Source: Promethearchaeota archaeon (GTDB lineage Archaea > Asgardarchaeota > Lokiarchaeia > Sigyniarchaeales > SOKP01). Taken from it: DNA of 64,000 nucleotides. Under the pieces are notes generated by a model. That model did not search any database. It worked only from the letters and a program-made list of their open reading frames with translations, and was not told the DNA's origin. Positions within the stretch are counted from its first letter, which is position 1; the number at the start of each line of letters is the position of its first letter. Shown one piece after another: positions 10,054 through 21,033 of this stretch. The stretch covers positions 96,001 through 160,000 of the forward strand of contig JAUVNS010000009.1 in assembly GCA_030599585.1 (NCBI GenBank), read 5' to 3'. The translations under genes and the position numbers were made by a program.

Positions 10054-10908
10054 ATGAGTTATAATCGCATTTTAATCGAAGAAAAACTAAAAAAGTTCTT
10101 AATTGAAGATAACTCTTTCATCGATGTTAGTTCAAAGGCCATTCCCAAAGAATCTGTATCCTCAGCTACAATCATCGCCAAAAGTGATGGATATTTGTCT
10201 GGTTTAGAAGAGTTGGGTATATTATATCAACTCTTAAAGGTGAACGTTATCAGAAACAAAGAAGATGGAGATCAAATCCATAAAGGTGATATCGTTGCGA
10301 AAATAGACGGAGAATCCAGAAATATATTGCTTGGTGAGCGGGTAGGTCTAAATCTTATGAGTCACATGAGTGCAATAACCTCAACTACCCGAAAATTTGT
10401 AAAAATAATTGAGGATTCTGGAAAAAATGTTAAAATAGCTTGTACAAGGAAGACTCTGCCTGGATTACGATTGTTTGAGAAAAAAGCGGTAGAAATCGGA
10501 AAAGGAGACACACACCGCTTTAATTTAGACGATATGGTACTATTAAAATCAACTCATTTAAGGTATTACAAAGGGAACATCGTAAAACTTCTCAAAGATG
10601 TGAAGTCTCGAGTTAGTTTCACAAAAAAAATAGAAATTGAAATAGAAAACGTAAATGATGTCCTTATTGCCGTTAAAAACAAAGCAGATATAATTATGCT
10701 GGATAACATGAATCCAGATAAAGTACAGGACGCCATTAACTTATTGAAACAAAATAAATTACGTAAACAAGTGATTATAGAAGTTTCTGGGAATATTACT
10801 CAAGAAAATATTTTTGACTATCTAATTTCAGAGCCCGATGTGATAAGTACGAGCGTTCTTACTCAAAAGCCTACTGAATTCGTAGATTATTCACTTCGAT
10901 TTGATTAA
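10054..10908 (+). CDS. nadC: Nicotinate-nucleotide diphosphorylase (quinolinate PRTase)
   Basis: LLGERVGLNL, CTRKTLPGLR, HRFNLDD, IEIE, DIIMLDNM, EVSG. Confidence 0.9.
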   Translation: MSYNRILIEEKLKKFLIEDNSFIDVSSKAIPKESVSSATIIAKSDGYLSGLEELGILYQLLKVNVIRNKEDGDQIHKGDIVAKIDGESRNILLGERVGLNLMSHMSAITSTTRKFVKIIEDSGKNVKIACTRKTLPGLRLFEKKAVEIGKGDTHRFNLDDMVLLKSTHLRYYKGNIVKLLKDVKSRVSFTKKIEIEIENVNDVLIAVKNKADIIMLDNMNPDKVQDAINLLKQNKLRKQVIIEVSGNITQENIFDYLISEPDVISTSVLTQKPTEFVDYSLRFD

Positions 10909-10919
10909 AGGTATAACAG

Positions 10920-11312
10920 TTAATCTAATATTATTTCGTGAATTGAACTAATCACATCCTTAATTTTTGCGATAGATCGGTAAAGATCCTTAATAAATCC
11001 GAATTCTCCTACTACTAAAACCGTTTCGATTTTTTTTTCGGCAATTCTCCAATCGCTTACAGCCTTTATTATCTTTTGAAATTTATAATAAAGCTCAGAA
11101 ATTTCATCAGCTATAGGTTCCTTAACGGGATAAACGAGGTTAATTGTCATGATTCTATATCCTTCTAAATTATCGAATTTCTCATGACTTTCTATAAATT
11201 TTAATATTGAATCTCTTAATGCTTCACTTTTTGAACTGAACCCGCTCTGTTTTCGAACTTTTTCAAACCTCTCTAGCAAGTCTTCGCTAACTTGGAGGGA
11301 AATAATTTTCAT
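10920..11312 (-). CDS. CopG/NikR-like ribbon-helix-helix regulator
   Basis: IISLQVSEDLLERF...GFSSKSEALRDSI RHH plus an ACT-like C-terminus. Confidence 0.8.
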   Translation of the reverse strand: MKIISLQVSEDLLERFEKVRKQSGFSSKSEALRDSILKFIESHEKFDNLEGYRIMTINLVYPVKEPIADEISELYYKFQKIIKAVSDWRIAEKKIETVLVVGEFGFIKDLYRSIAKIKDVISSIHEIILD

Positions 11313-11368
11313 TATATGGATTATAAAAATGGTTCTTAAATAAGTGTAGTAATAATAGCCAAACTATT

Positions 11369-12199
11369 TCATAATAACTTATGAATATAGTCAATGCTGT
11401 TTTCTAAACCCTTATTAGAGGATAACTCAATAATTAAAGCCCCTTTATACTGATAATTTCTTATAGTTTCTAAAATCCCTTTAAAGTTAACTTTCCCAGA
11501 GCCAAGGTTTGGATGAGTATCTGATTCGGTTGTAAAGTTTTCGACAAGGTGTACATTTTTAATAATTTTGTGATACCTTTCCCAGAGTAAGTTCACATCC
11601 CCATTATTGGTATAAAAGTGGCTGGTGTCATATGTAATGGATAATTCGTTCCTATTAATAGACTTTAAATTTTCTGCAATGTTATCTTGGTCTAACATTA
11701 TATGAGTATTTTTGGGCATATTTTCTAAGCAAATCGATATATCAAGATTTTTTGTCAGATCTAATATACTATTAATTGCTCTAGCTAATTGGATTCTATT
11801 ATAATCCCTAAGAGATTCCAACAAAAAATTAGCCAAACCTGGATGTATAGTTAATATTTTGGCTTTAAATTCCGTACAAAATTGAGCCGTTTCTAAATAC
11901 GCATCTATTGAGGCTTGAGAGATTCCTTTATTGTGCGAACATAAGTTAATATCTATAAATGGTCCATGAACTTGCTTTACCATTGAATACGATTTAAAAA
12001 GATCAAGATACTCTTGTTTCATCTCACCTATAAACATATCCTGGGGATCCACAACTATTTCTACAACATCGATACCGTACTCTTCCGCAGATTTAAAACA
12101 TTCTTCTGTAGAATGGTAAAGCATACTAGAAATATTAGGAAATTTGTTTTTAAACGCATTTTCCATGATACTTCCTAGCGAACTAATACCTAACTTCAT
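11369..12199 (-). CDS. Sugar-phosphate isomerase/epimerase (AP-endonuclease-2 TIM barrel)
   Basis: HGPFIDINL, IHPG, LENMP, DTSH, H-x-x-LGSGKV, IIE. Confidence 0.85.
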   Translation of the reverse strand: MKLGISSLGSIMENAFKNKFPNISSMLYHSTEECFKSAEEYGIDVVEIVVDPQDMFIGEMKQEYLDLFKSYSMVKQVHGPFIDINLCSHNKGISQASIDAYLETAQFCTEFKAKILTIHPGLANFLLESLRDYNRIQLARAINSILDLTKNLDISICLENMPKNTHIMLDQDNIAENLKSINRNELSITYDTSHFYTNNGDVNLLWERYHKIIKNVHLVENFTTESDTHPNLGSGKVNFKGILETIRNYQYKGALIIELSSNKGLENSIDYIHKLL

Positions 12200-12892
12200 T
12201 CAATCCCGCCTCGTTTTTTGTTTAACTCTTAGTCTTTTTGGATAGCAGGCAAATAGGCTATTGAACATTTTTTCATGTTCTTCAAGATTTTCTTGAGGGA
12301 TGATTTGAGGTTTTCCAATTTGTAGCGCTCCCCAATACACTTTAGCTAATTTTTCAAGGATCACAGAAAAACGAACTGCATGATCCAACGACTTGCCACA
12401 TATTATAGCTCCATGATTAGCTAATATAGCCGCGTTATTTCTTCCTAACGCTTTTAAAGCACTAAGTCCCATTTCCTCTGTATGAGCTTCTGTAATCTCT
12501 GTACAATGAATTAATCCACCAAGAAAAATTAATTGTTGTTCCATAATAATTGGAATGTTTTTTCTAAGAACAGAAAGCATAGAAACATAAGAAGAGTGAT
12601 TATGAATGACACATTTTACTTTTGGTCTATCTTTATAAACTGCTAAATGCATTTTTACTTCTGTTGAGGGAATTCTTCCTGATCCGATTATATTCCCATC
12701 TAAATCCATATGAACGATTAAATCTGGATTTAATAGAAGATATTTTGTGGAAGTTGGAGTAACTAATATTTCGTTTTTATTAACCCTAACGCTAACATTA
12801 CCTTCACCGTCCTCAACTAAACCTTTGCTATAAATCTCTTGAGCTCCTCTTACAACCGTATTTCGAAGTTGTTCTAACTTATCTGTTTCCAT
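12200..12892 (-). CDS. Class II aldolase/adducin family protein (FucA-like)
   Basis: EGNVSVR, TPTS, PSTEVKMH, HNHS, LANHG. Confidence 0.9.
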   Translation of the reverse strand: METDKLEQLRNTVVRGAQEIYSKGLVEDGEGNVSVRVNKNEILVTPTSTKYLLLNPDLIVHMDLDGNIIGSGRIPSTEVKMHLAVYKDRPKVKCVIHNHSSYVSMLSVLRKNIPIIMEQQLIFLGGLIHCTEITEAHTEEMGLSALKALGRNNAAILANHGAIICGKSLDHAVRFSVILEKLAKVYWGALQIGKPQIIPQENLEEHEKMFNSLFACYPKRLRVKQKTRRD

Positions 12893-13071
12893 ATTATTCT
12901 AAATTAAAGATTGATTAAAAATGTATTTTCATAGAATTGGATATTCATTAGAGACGAATTATTGGATTTTGCATTTTTAAATTAATAATTCAATATAGTC
13001 TAACTTCTTTTATTTTATTTGGAAATACTTTCATTGTCTAAATTAATACAATTTATTAAGAACGATTAAAA

Positions 13072-14160
13072 ATGAGCCGTTTTATCTTACATTGCGACTT
13101 AGATTGCTTTTTTGCTGCTGTTGAGGCAAGAGATAATCCAAAATATATAGGAAATCCTATAATAATAGGAGCAGACCCAAAAAATGGAAAAGGAAGAGGT
13201 GTAGTCAGTACTTGTAACTATGAAGCCCGAAAATTCGGACTCCATTCTGCGATGCCTATATCCCAGGCTTACAAAAGATGTCCTCATGGAATCTATCTTC
13301 ACCCCAATTTTGAGAAATACCATAAAGCTTCAAAAGAAGTAATGGAGATTGTCAATTCCTATTCAGATATGTTTCAACAAGTAAGTATTGACGAGGCATA
13401 CATAGACATATCAGATAAGTGTAAAGACTATAAAGAAGTTAGAAATTTAGCTGAAAAATTAAAAGATGAAGTTCAAAAAAAAGTAGGCATAACAATCTCA
13501 ATCGGATGTGCTCCAACTAAATCGATTGCTAAGATAGCTTCAGATTATAACAAACCTAATGGCGTTACGGTCGTAAAACCTGAATATATTAAAAAATTCC
13601 TGAGTCCTATGGATATTACTAAAATATCCGGAATTGGAAAAAAGTCTCAACTATATTATAACAAAAAAGGGATTAAAACTATTGGTGATATCATTAATCT
13701 TACACTTCCTAAAATGGTTCAACTGTTTGGAAAAAATGGTTTATGGGTATGGAATGTTGCGAACGGTTTTGATACTAGAGAAGTAAAAGAATTCCACGGC
13801 GATAGAAAATCTATTAGTAAGGAACGAACCTTTTATGAGAATACAGATGATTATAATCTAATATTGTCTAAACTTGAAGAAATAAACAATAGAATTCATA
13901 AAAATGTAATTAAAAATAAGATACATTATAAGACGGTAACTCTTAAGATAAGACTTGACGGATATGTAACATACACTCGTTCAAAATCCTTTACACATCA
14001 TATTCAAAATAAGAATCAAGTATTAAAAGTAATTATTGAGTTATTGAAACAATTTTCTACAGTGAATAAGAAAGTTAGACTTGTTGGAATAAGATTATCA
14101 AATTTAGAAAAAGCTCCAAATGTAGCACAGACTACGTTGATTAATTTTTTAGAAGTATAA
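13072..14160 (+). CDS. dinB: DNA polymerase IV (Y family)
   Basis: HCDLDCFFAAVE, YEARKFG, SIDEAY, AKIASDYNKPNG, and a C-terminal PIP-like QTTLINF. Confidence 0.95.
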   Translation: MSRFILHCDLDCFFAAVEARDNPKYIGNPIIIGADPKNGKGRGVVSTCNYEARKFGLHSAMPISQAYKRCPHGIYLHPNFEKYHKASKEVMEIVNSYSDMFQQVSIDEAYIDISDKCKDYKEVRNLAEKLKDEVQKKVGITISIGCAPTKSIAKIASDYNKPNGVTVVKPEYIKKFLSPMDITKISGIGKKSQLYYNKKGIKTIGDIINLTLPKMVQLFGKNGLWVWNVANGFDTREVKEFHGDRKSISKERTFYENTDDYNLILSKLEEINNRIHKNVIKNKIHYKTVTLKIRLDGYVTYTRSKSFTHHIQNKNQVLKVIIELLKQFSTVNKKVRLVGIRLSNLEKAPNVAQTTLINFLEV

Positions 14161-14170
14161 TTCACATTTA

Positions 14171-15112
14171 TTAACTATTTTTGAGAATTTCATTCGATTT
14201 TAGAGCACTTAATAGTTCCTCGTGCCTAATACCATTTGAGGCAATTAAGCCAGGCGCAGTAATCTTACATTTATCGTTTACATATTGAATTGGATTGCCT
14301 TTAATATCTGAGATCATCCCTCCAGCTTCTTTAACTAACAATTCACCGGGTAAAAAATCCCACGTAAATGAGCGTAGCATATTCATAGGTTTAATATATA
14401 ATTCAGCAGAACCATCAGCAACCATACATAGCTTTGCCATGCTGTCTAATGGAATAAAATTTGATACACCGAGTGACCGGGCAAAATCCAACACCCAAGG
14501 TTTATTATAGTGTAGAGAATGACAAATTCGAAATTTCTTAATTTCGTTTTTATTACTAACACTTATCTTAGTAAAGTTTTGGCCTCCATACGATACTTTA
14601 GCTCCATGGCCTTTTTCAGCTGAAAAGATCGTTAAGCTTGTATTTTTATAATTAGGCACACCTATAGCACATATTGTTGGTTCGGCTTGAACCATAAATC
14701 CCATCCCAATAGCGTATGCTAAACTCTTTTGGAAACCTTTAGTACCATCAATTGGATCAACTGTCCACTGGCGTTTAGAACTAGAACCACGATAGTTTAG
14801 AGTTTCTTTCAGATTTTCTTCAAGAGTTATATTTAATGACGTATAACATCTTTTAATTATGCTTTCAGCATCTGAGTCTATAAAAACGCTACTTTCCTCT
14901 TCGGCGATGATTTGATCTTCTGGAAAGTATTTTTTAATATTCGATATTATAAAAATTTGAGAAGCAAAATCCGCTAAAGTAACTGGAGAATCGTCCTTCT
15001 TTTTAAATGAAGAAGAATTTTTAGTTCTAAACCATTCTGTAATTTTTGAAGCTTGTTTAACCAATTCAACTGCTAAGGATAATTCTTTACCATGTCCTAC
15101 CAAATAAATCAC
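14171..15112 (-). CDS. 3'(2'),5'-bisphosphate nucleotidase / inositol monophosphatase family (HAL2/CysQ-like)
   Basis: KDDSPVTLADF, IAEE, DPIDGTKGF, WD, EAGG. Confidence 0.88.
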   Translation of the reverse strand: MIYLVGHGKELSLAVELVKQASKITEWFRTKNSSSFKKKDDSPVTLADFASQIFIISNIKKYFPEDQIIAEEESSVFIDSDAESIIKRCYTSLNITLEENLKETLNYRGSSSKRQWTVDPIDGTKGFQKSLAYAIGMGFMVQAEPTICAIGVPNYKNTSLTIFSAEKGHGAKVSYGGQNFTKISVSNKNEIKKFRICHSLHYNKPWVLDFARSLGVSNFIPLDSMAKLCMVADGSAELYIKPMNMLRSFTWDFLPGELLVKEAGGMISDIKGNPIQYVNDKCKITAPGLIASNGIRHEELLSALKSNEILKNS

Positions 15113-15156
15113 GTCCTCCTTAAAAACTAATGCTATTACTCTATTTATATCTCATC

Positions 15157-16839
15157 CTAAATTTTCTTAGAATCCTTAAATAGGTCAAAGATATCCATTT
15201 CATAATCTATTGTATCTTCAGGTAATAAGTTTGGCTCCTTAATTAATTTAGCAAGATAATATGTTTTTGATCCTCTCTCTAAATACTGTAGTACAGTGTA
15301 AGCTCCTTCTAAATGACTTCCACAACATAAACTCCCATGGTTGGCAAGGATTACCGCGCTTCTATCTTCTAAACTTGCTTTTACATTATCAGCTAATTCT
15401 TCACTTCCAGCCTCACCGTAATCCGAACATAAAACCTCTCCGCCTAAGTAGGGCACAAGTTCTTCCATAATTGGAGGTAACGACAAATTGAGAGTACTGA
15501 GTATTGTTGAGTACATTCCGTGAGAGTGAATAATTGCATTAACATCATCTCGATCTTTGTATATTCCTAAGTGTAGGTGTTTTTCTACTGAGGGATTTCT
15601 TTCTCCCTCGATCACTTTTCCCTCAAGATCAATAATTAAGATATCCTTAGCTTCCATTTCTTTATAGTTAACGTTACTAGGGGTGATTAAAACGAATTCT
15701 TCATCACCATTTTTAACTCTCATACTTACATTTCCGGCTGATCCAATAACATGGCCGTCTCTTAATAATTTTCTACAAACACTAACAATCTCTTCTTTAT
15801 AGCTTTGGGCAGGTTCCTTATTCTTATCTTGTTTAACATCTTTTACTCCAAATACTTCGGGGTTTAATACATGAGAAGGAATCCCATTGTTTAACCAAAT
15901 GTTAATATCTTTAAGGAGCATTTGAGATTGTCTCTTAACTACATCATTTGTATTTCCCCCAATATGAGGCATTACGATAGCATTATCTAATTCTAAAAAC
16001 TCATTATCTTCATCAATGGGCTCTAAAGGGAATACATCTAAAGCAACTCCAGCGATCTCGTTATTCTTTAAAGCTCTGTATAAATAATCGTAATCAACGA
16101 GGCTTCCTTTAGCCAAATTTATTAAATATCCAGAGCTTTTCATCATTTTTATCCGTTCTTCGTTAATAAGATTATCATTTTCATCAGTTGCTACTGCATG
16201 TAAGGTAATAAAATCTGATTCTTTCATTAAAAAGTCAAGGTCTGTCTTGTCGCCGTACTCTTTAACAAATTCCTCGGAAACATATGGATCATATATTAGT
16301 AATTTAACACCAAATGGTTTTAATCGTTCGGCTACTCTTTGCCCAATTTGACCAAAACCAACTATGCCTATTGTTTTACTTTCCAATTCACTTCCCATGA
16401 ATTTATTATAACAATTAATCCAATCTTCAAACTCAATAATTTCAAAATCCTCGGAATGTAGGAATCGATCTAGTTTAGTAAGATTTCTTGCCATAGATAT
16501 TATTAAACCAACAGTTAATTCAGCAACTGAAACGACATTCCTGTTTGGCGTGTAAATAATAGGTATATTTTTTTTGGTAGCAGCGTCTAAATTAATGTTA
16601 AAAGGATCACCACGACAAGACGCAATCAGCTTCAAGTTTGTCTGTTCAAAAAGTTCTGCTTTTTTTAAATCATCTGCTACAGTTATGAAGACGTCATAAT
16701 TCCTTAATTTTTCAATCATCTCTTTAATGTCAAAATATATAATTCCAGTATCTCTCCAACTCTCATAGGTTACTTCCATTTTCTTTCGCAATTCTTCTAA
16801 AACATCATCAGTTATACTTGCTGTTATAAATGCTCTCAT
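15157..16839 (-). CDS. Fusion of D-2-hydroxyacid dehydrogenase (SerA-like) and class II aldolase
   Basis: N-part: GIVGFGQIG, LDVFPLEP, PHIGG. C-part: AGNVSMR, PSVEKHLH, HSHG, LANHG. Confidence 0.88.
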   Translation of the reverse strand: MRAFITASITDDVLEELRKKMEVTYESWRDTGIIYFDIKEMIEKLRNYDVFITVADDLKKAELFEQTNLKLIASCRGDPFNINLDAATKKNIPIIYTPNRNVVSVAELTVGLIISMARNLTKLDRFLHSEDFEIIEFEDWINCYNKFMGSELESKTIGIVGFGQIGQRVAERLKPFGVKLLIYDPYVSEEFVKEYGDKTDLDFLMKESDFITLHAVATDENDNLINEERIKMMKSSGYLINLAKGSLVDYDYLYRALKNNEIAGVALDVFPLEPIDEDNEFLELDNAIVMPHIGGNTNDVVKRQSQMLLKDINIWLNNGIPSHVLNPEVFGVKDVKQDKNKEPAQSYKEEIVSVCRKLLRDGHVIGSAGNVSMRVKNGDEEFVLITPSNVNYKEMEAKDILIIDLEGKVIEGERNPSVEKHLHLGIYKDRDDVNAIIHSHGMYSTILSTLNLSLPPIMEELVPYLGGEVLCSDYGEAGSEELADNVKASLEDRSAVILANHGSLCCGSHLEGAYTVLQYLERGSKTYYLAKLIKEPNLLPEDTIDYEMDIFDLFKDSKKI

Positions 16840-16939
16840 AATTTATCAACCCAACTAAAAGATTATCCCTTCTTTAAGTATTAGATTATATAATCACGCA
16901 ATTATATTTAGATTATATGATTAAAACAACTAAATTTAG

Positions 16940-17290
16940 CTAAAACATCAAGCTCTTCAGTTTCATTAAATTTCTAATGTTTCCTTCAATGACCTTTATT
17001 TTTCCTGAAGAATACGCTTTCACCGCTCCGAGCTCTTTGTTAAATAAATCCAGCATTATTTTTTCTGATACAAACTCAATTTTCACAGTAGCAGTTTCAT
17101 CGCTAGCGTTATCTTTTACCTCTATTCCTTGATCCTTATTAACGTAGATCATAACGCTACGGTTAGTGTCTAAAAATGAAATTTGTATCGGATCGTTATA
17201 GTTTGCTAATTTCTTTCTTACTTTTTCAGTATTGATATAACGATTTTCAATTTCCTTTAAACAAGACTCAAAATTTTCAAAATTTGACAA
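16940..17290 (-). CDS. SCP2 sterol/lipid-binding domain protein
   Basis: C-terminal LGAVKAYSSGKIKVIEGNIRNLMKL matches the SCP2 pattern. GGGTGA SD before the TTG start. Confidence 0.72.
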   Translation of the reverse strand: MSNFENFESCLKEIENRYINTEKVRKKLANYNDPIQISFLDTNRSVMIYVNKDQGIEVKDNASDETATVKIEFVSEKIMLDLFNKELGAVKAYSSGKIKVIEGNIRNLMKLKSLMF

Positions 17291-17392
17291 TTTTATTCAC
17301 CCTTAAAATACGAAAACAAGTTTTAATGTTAATTTTAATGTTAGTAATTTATTATTGTTTATAAAAATATTAAAAATAAAAACCAGAAAAAA

Positions 17393-18910
17393 TTATAGAC
17401 TATCAATTTTTGATTTAAGATTTTTCCATTCGAGATAAATTGTTTTAAATTTATCAGAAACACCAGAATCGTTTTTTACATCTTCAAATGCTAAAAGATT
17501 ACTAACGATCGATTTGTAATTGGAATAGTACTTTAAACCTATTAGCGTATTTATTGCAGCACCAATAAATGCTGAATCTCTAATACAGGCAACAGAAATT
17601 TGATTATCTAATATATTAGCTAACATTTTGCAAAACTCATTAGATTTAGCCATCCCACCTGCAACATATGTTTTTGTACTAAGGTCAGTTTGATTGCGTA
17701 GTACTTGATGATTTTCAAATACCCCGAATGCTATGTTTTCAAGAACGCTCCGGGCAAAATTTTCAATTTTGGGGACTTCCTCAGACACCATAATAGGTGG
17801 TTGAAAAATAAAAGCACCTCTCTTAATAGAAGTAGTATTTCTTATATTCATCTTTTCAGGACCCAAGTAGGTGTAAGTCGAAAAAGCTCCTGGCGTTGTT
17901 CTTTTTAGATAATCCTCTATTAAAGAATCAGGATCGTCAGTAAAACTTGATAAAAATGCTTCTTTAAACCAATTATAGGAAGCGCCCGTGTTGCCCGCAT
18001 TGCTTTCAAGTAGCCATTTTCCTTTTATCGAATGGCATGATGTCCAGAAATTACAATTAGGATCAAAAATGGGTTTATTTACAACGAGTTGAAGTGGTGA
18101 TGTAGTACCTAAACTAATGCCTATGTCACCTTCTTCGATTACACCCATACCTATTAAAGTTGCTTGTGTATCTCCGCCCGATTTTACAATTGGAATATTA
18201 TTGAGGTCAATATCGAACCTTTTGTTTAAATTTTCTTTTAATTCGCCCACAATAGTTCCTGAATTAACAATATCTGGAAAAAAATCGGGATCAAAATTGA
18301 AAGTGTCTATTATTTCAGAACTCCATTCTCCTTTTTTAATATCCAGCATTTGGGAGTCAGCTGCAGAGGATAGATCAGAATAAAAATTTCCCGTAAGTTT
18401 GTAGACTAACCAATCATCTAATGTCAATACTTTTTTAATTTTTGCATAAACTTCTTCAGCTTCTTCTTTAAACCACAATAATCTTGCAAGACAAAATAGC
18501 AGAGACGGGCTATGTCCCGTTATTTCAAATAGATCTTTTTCTGAAAAAGCATCATCTATGAGATAGGCGGAATCAATACCACGAATATCGATATTAGGTC
18601 CTCCATACAAGGTGTTTCCTTTTTCGTCTAGAAAAACGGAGGCAATTCGTTGAGTACAGGATGACAAACCTACAATCCTTTTGTTTTTAGAATTGGAAAG
18701 AACAAAATCCATTCCCATAATTACCTTTTTCCAAAGGTCTTCCATATCAAAGCGTTTAGCAAAACCATCTAAATCTTCGTTATAAATTTTTAATTCTTGA
18801 GTGTTATAAATTTTAATTTTTAATTGTTCGGATACTAATCCTACCTTTATTGAATTGGAAGAAATATCTATCGTTAAAATTAAATTTTCATCCTTTTCCA
18901 TAATTCTCAA
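17393..18910 (-). CDS. FGGY-family carbohydrate kinase (LsrK/XylB-like)
   Basis: IDISSNSIK, GGDTQA, SLGT, VLENIAF, AGGMAKS. Confidence 0.88.
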   Translation of the reverse strand: MRIMEKDENLILTIDISSNSIKVGLVSEQLKIKIYNTQELKIYNEDLDGFAKRFDMEDLWKKVIMGMDFVLSNSKNKRIVGLSSCTQRIASVFLDEKGNTLYGGPNIDIRGIDSAYLIDDAFSEKDLFEITGHSPSLLFCLARLLWFKEEAEEVYAKIKKVLTLDDWLVYKLTGNFYSDLSSAADSQMLDIKKGEWSSEIIDTFNFDPDFFPDIVNSGTIVGELKENLNKRFDIDLNNIPIVKSGGDTQATLIGMGVIEEGDIGISLGTTSPLQLVVNKPIFDPNCNFWTSCHSIKGKWLLESNAGNTGASYNWFKEAFLSSFTDDPDSLIEDYLKRTTPGAFSTYTYLGPEKMNIRNTTSIKRGAFIFQPPIMVSEEVPKIENFARSVLENIAFGVFENHQVLRNQTDLSTKTYVAGGMAKSNEFCKMLANILDNQISVACIRDSAFIGAAINTLIGLKYYSNYKSIVSNLLAFEDVKNDSGVSDKFKTIYLEWKNLKSKIDSL

Positions 18911-18932
18911 GAAAATGTTAAGTTATTTAGAT

Positions 18933-19568
18933 CTAAGAAAAATATTTACGAACAACCTCTCCCAACGGAGTTTTTTCTTCAAAAATAATTGCTTGAAATG
19001 AAGATATTTTAGTTCCTTTTATATCTTTCCAAGCGTCAGAAGAAAGCCACGCTTTACTACAGGTATGATTAAGGAAAGTCTCTACATCCCAATTCCTATC
19101 GTGATCTATTGGAACTTGTGGAAGAAGCAATCCTCTTTTCATTCCTCTCTCCACTATAAGTCCATCCCTCCCTATCACAATTTTTTCAAGATATTCATTC
19201 GGAGAGCTAACTTCTAATATCTTTGGAGGAGTTAATATTGAAATTTCAATAGTAATAGTATCCATTTCATCAATAGATACAGATGAGAAACGAGTATCTT
19301 CAGTTGCTGAACTGATTGAAACTTTATGAATAACATCGTATAAAGCAAATTTTGGTTCTATATATCCTATACAACCTCTTAAAGGATTACCTTTCGCATT
19401 ATGAGTATTTAAAGTGACAAATGCTCCATAATTTTCCTTAAATTTTTCTCTTATAACCTCAGGTATCATCATCCCTTCTCTATTCTTAAGAAAATACTTG
19501 ATGTTATCTCTTGCAAATTGTATTAACTCTTTTCCGTCAGTTACGGTGAAGATTTCTTTATCTGCCAT
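18933..19568 (-). CDS. AmmeMemoRadiSam protein A (AMMECR1 family)
   Basis: GAFVTL, LRGCIG, GLLLPQV. Confidence 0.92.
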   Translation of the reverse strand: MADKEIFTVTDGKELIQFARDNIKYFLKNREGMMIPEVIREKFKENYGAFVTLNTHNAKGNPLRGCIGYIEPKFALYDVIHKVSISSATEDTRFSSVSIDEMDTITIEISILTPPKILEVSSPNEYLEKIVIGRDGLIVERGMKRGLLLPQVPIDHDRNWDVETFLNHTCSKAWLSSDAWKDIKGTKISSFQAIIFEEKTPLGEVVRKYFS

Positions 19569-19629
19569 ATTTTCACTTTAAGATTTTGCATTCAATATAA
19601 TATATGAGATGACAAATTATAATAATTAC

Positions 19630-21024
19630 TTAAATTACTCCTTTAATTATGTTTCCCATAGGATTAGATTCATCAATATTAACCTCTATGCCTCTTAGAA
19701 ACACTTTCCATATGTGAACACTTGTTTGATAATTTTGGAAAGGTGAAAACTTTGCTTTTGATTTGAATTTTTTTGATTCAATAGGATAATCCACTCCACG
19801 ATCTACAATAATTAAATCAGCATCGTATCCCTCTTTAATAAAACCTTTATTATCTAATTTAAAAGTCATCGCTGGATTTTCTGAAGTAATTTTAACGAAT
19901 GATTCTAAAGAAATTTCATTGTTAAAAACTTGATCTAGTACTATTAAAGGATATGACTCAAATCCCGGAAATCCTGAGGGTGCGTCGAGAAACGATTTTT
20001 CTTTCTCTTCAGATGTATGTGGTGCATGATCCGTACCCAATAATTTCACGTTACCTTGTTTAAGCTCCTGAAATAGATAAAAAGCGTGCTTTTTGTCTCT
20101 TAAAGGTGGGAGAACTTTGGCATAATTAGGATTTTCAATCTGAATAGAATCGTTTAATAATAGATGATGTGGTGTTATCTCAAATGTAATATTTAAGGAT
20201 TTATTCGTGCTTAACGCTTTTTTAATCAAGGAGTAGCTATCTCGGCAACTAATATGACAGAAATGGATGATAGGATAATCTTTAGGGATTAAGTCTAAAT
20301 CCACAACAACTTTATAATAATTTTCAAGAATAAAATTCACATATTTAGCTTCCATGTAGGTTGGGTATAATTTATTGTGCAGTTTCAAAAACGGTAATTT
20401 TTCTTCAACACCTTTTTTAAAAATCTTTTCTTTCTCTTCGGCGTTCAAAGGCCAATCAGGATGTACAAAAATCGGAAGTTGGAATTTTGAGGATATATTA
20501 AGAAGTTTTTGAATATTTAAGTGATCTGTCCAATCAATACCGTTTAAAGAATTTAAGGGGTAGATTTTAAAACCTACAACACCTAAGTCAATAATAGAAG
20601 TTATCTCTTCGAAATCGAAATCCCTTGGAATCCCCGCTATAAACCCTACATCTACATGTATTTTATTTTGTGCTTTTTTCATCCATCCTTTAACTTGGTT
20701 TGCACTTACAGCTGGGGGTTTTGTGTTAGGCATAGTGAAAACAGTTGTTATTCCTGAGAAAGCTGCTGCTAAAGTTCCTGTTAAAAAAGTTTCTTTTTCG
20801 CTCTGTTCCATATCCCTTAAGTGGGAATGAATATCAATTATCCCGGGTATAACCGTTCTATTCCCACAATCAATTTCTATTCCGTCTGTGTTTCGATTCT
20901 TTATTAGTTGTAGAGTCTCCTTGGTTACATTGTATGTTACTGTTTTAATAACACCTTCAAGAATTAAAATAACGCCATTTCGAAGCAAACTGTCGTTATA
21001 TATGAGCCCATTTTTTAAGATCAT
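19630..21024 (-). CDS. pyrC: Dihydroorotase (type I amidohydrolase)
   Basis: PGIIDIHSHLRD, MPNTKP, EITPHHL, KVLPPLR, GTDHAPH, KAKFSPF. Confidence 0.85.
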   Translation of the reverse strand: MILKNGLIYNDSLLRNGVILILEGVIKTVTYNVTKETLQLIKNRNTDGIEIDCGNRTVIPGIIDIHSHLRDMEQSEKETFLTGTLAAAFSGITTVFTMPNTKPPAVSANQVKGWMKKAQNKIHVDVGFIAGIPRDFDFEEITSIIDLGVVGFKIYPLNSLNGIDWTDHLNIQKLLNISSKFQLPIFVHPDWPLNAEEKEKIFKKGVEEKLPFLKLHNKLYPTYMEAKYVNFILENYYKVVVDLDLIPKDYPIIHFCHISCRDSYSLIKKALSTNKSLNITFEITPHHLLLNDSIQIENPNYAKVLPPLRDKKHAFYLFQELKQGNVKLLGTDHAPHTSEEKEKSFLDAPSGFPGFESYPLIVLDQVFNNEISLESFVKITSENPAMTFKLDNKGFIKEGYDADLIIVDRGVDYPIESKKFKSKAKFSPFQNYQTSVHIWKVFLRGIEVNIDESNPMGNIIKGVI

Positions 21025-21033
21025 CGTTTCCTA

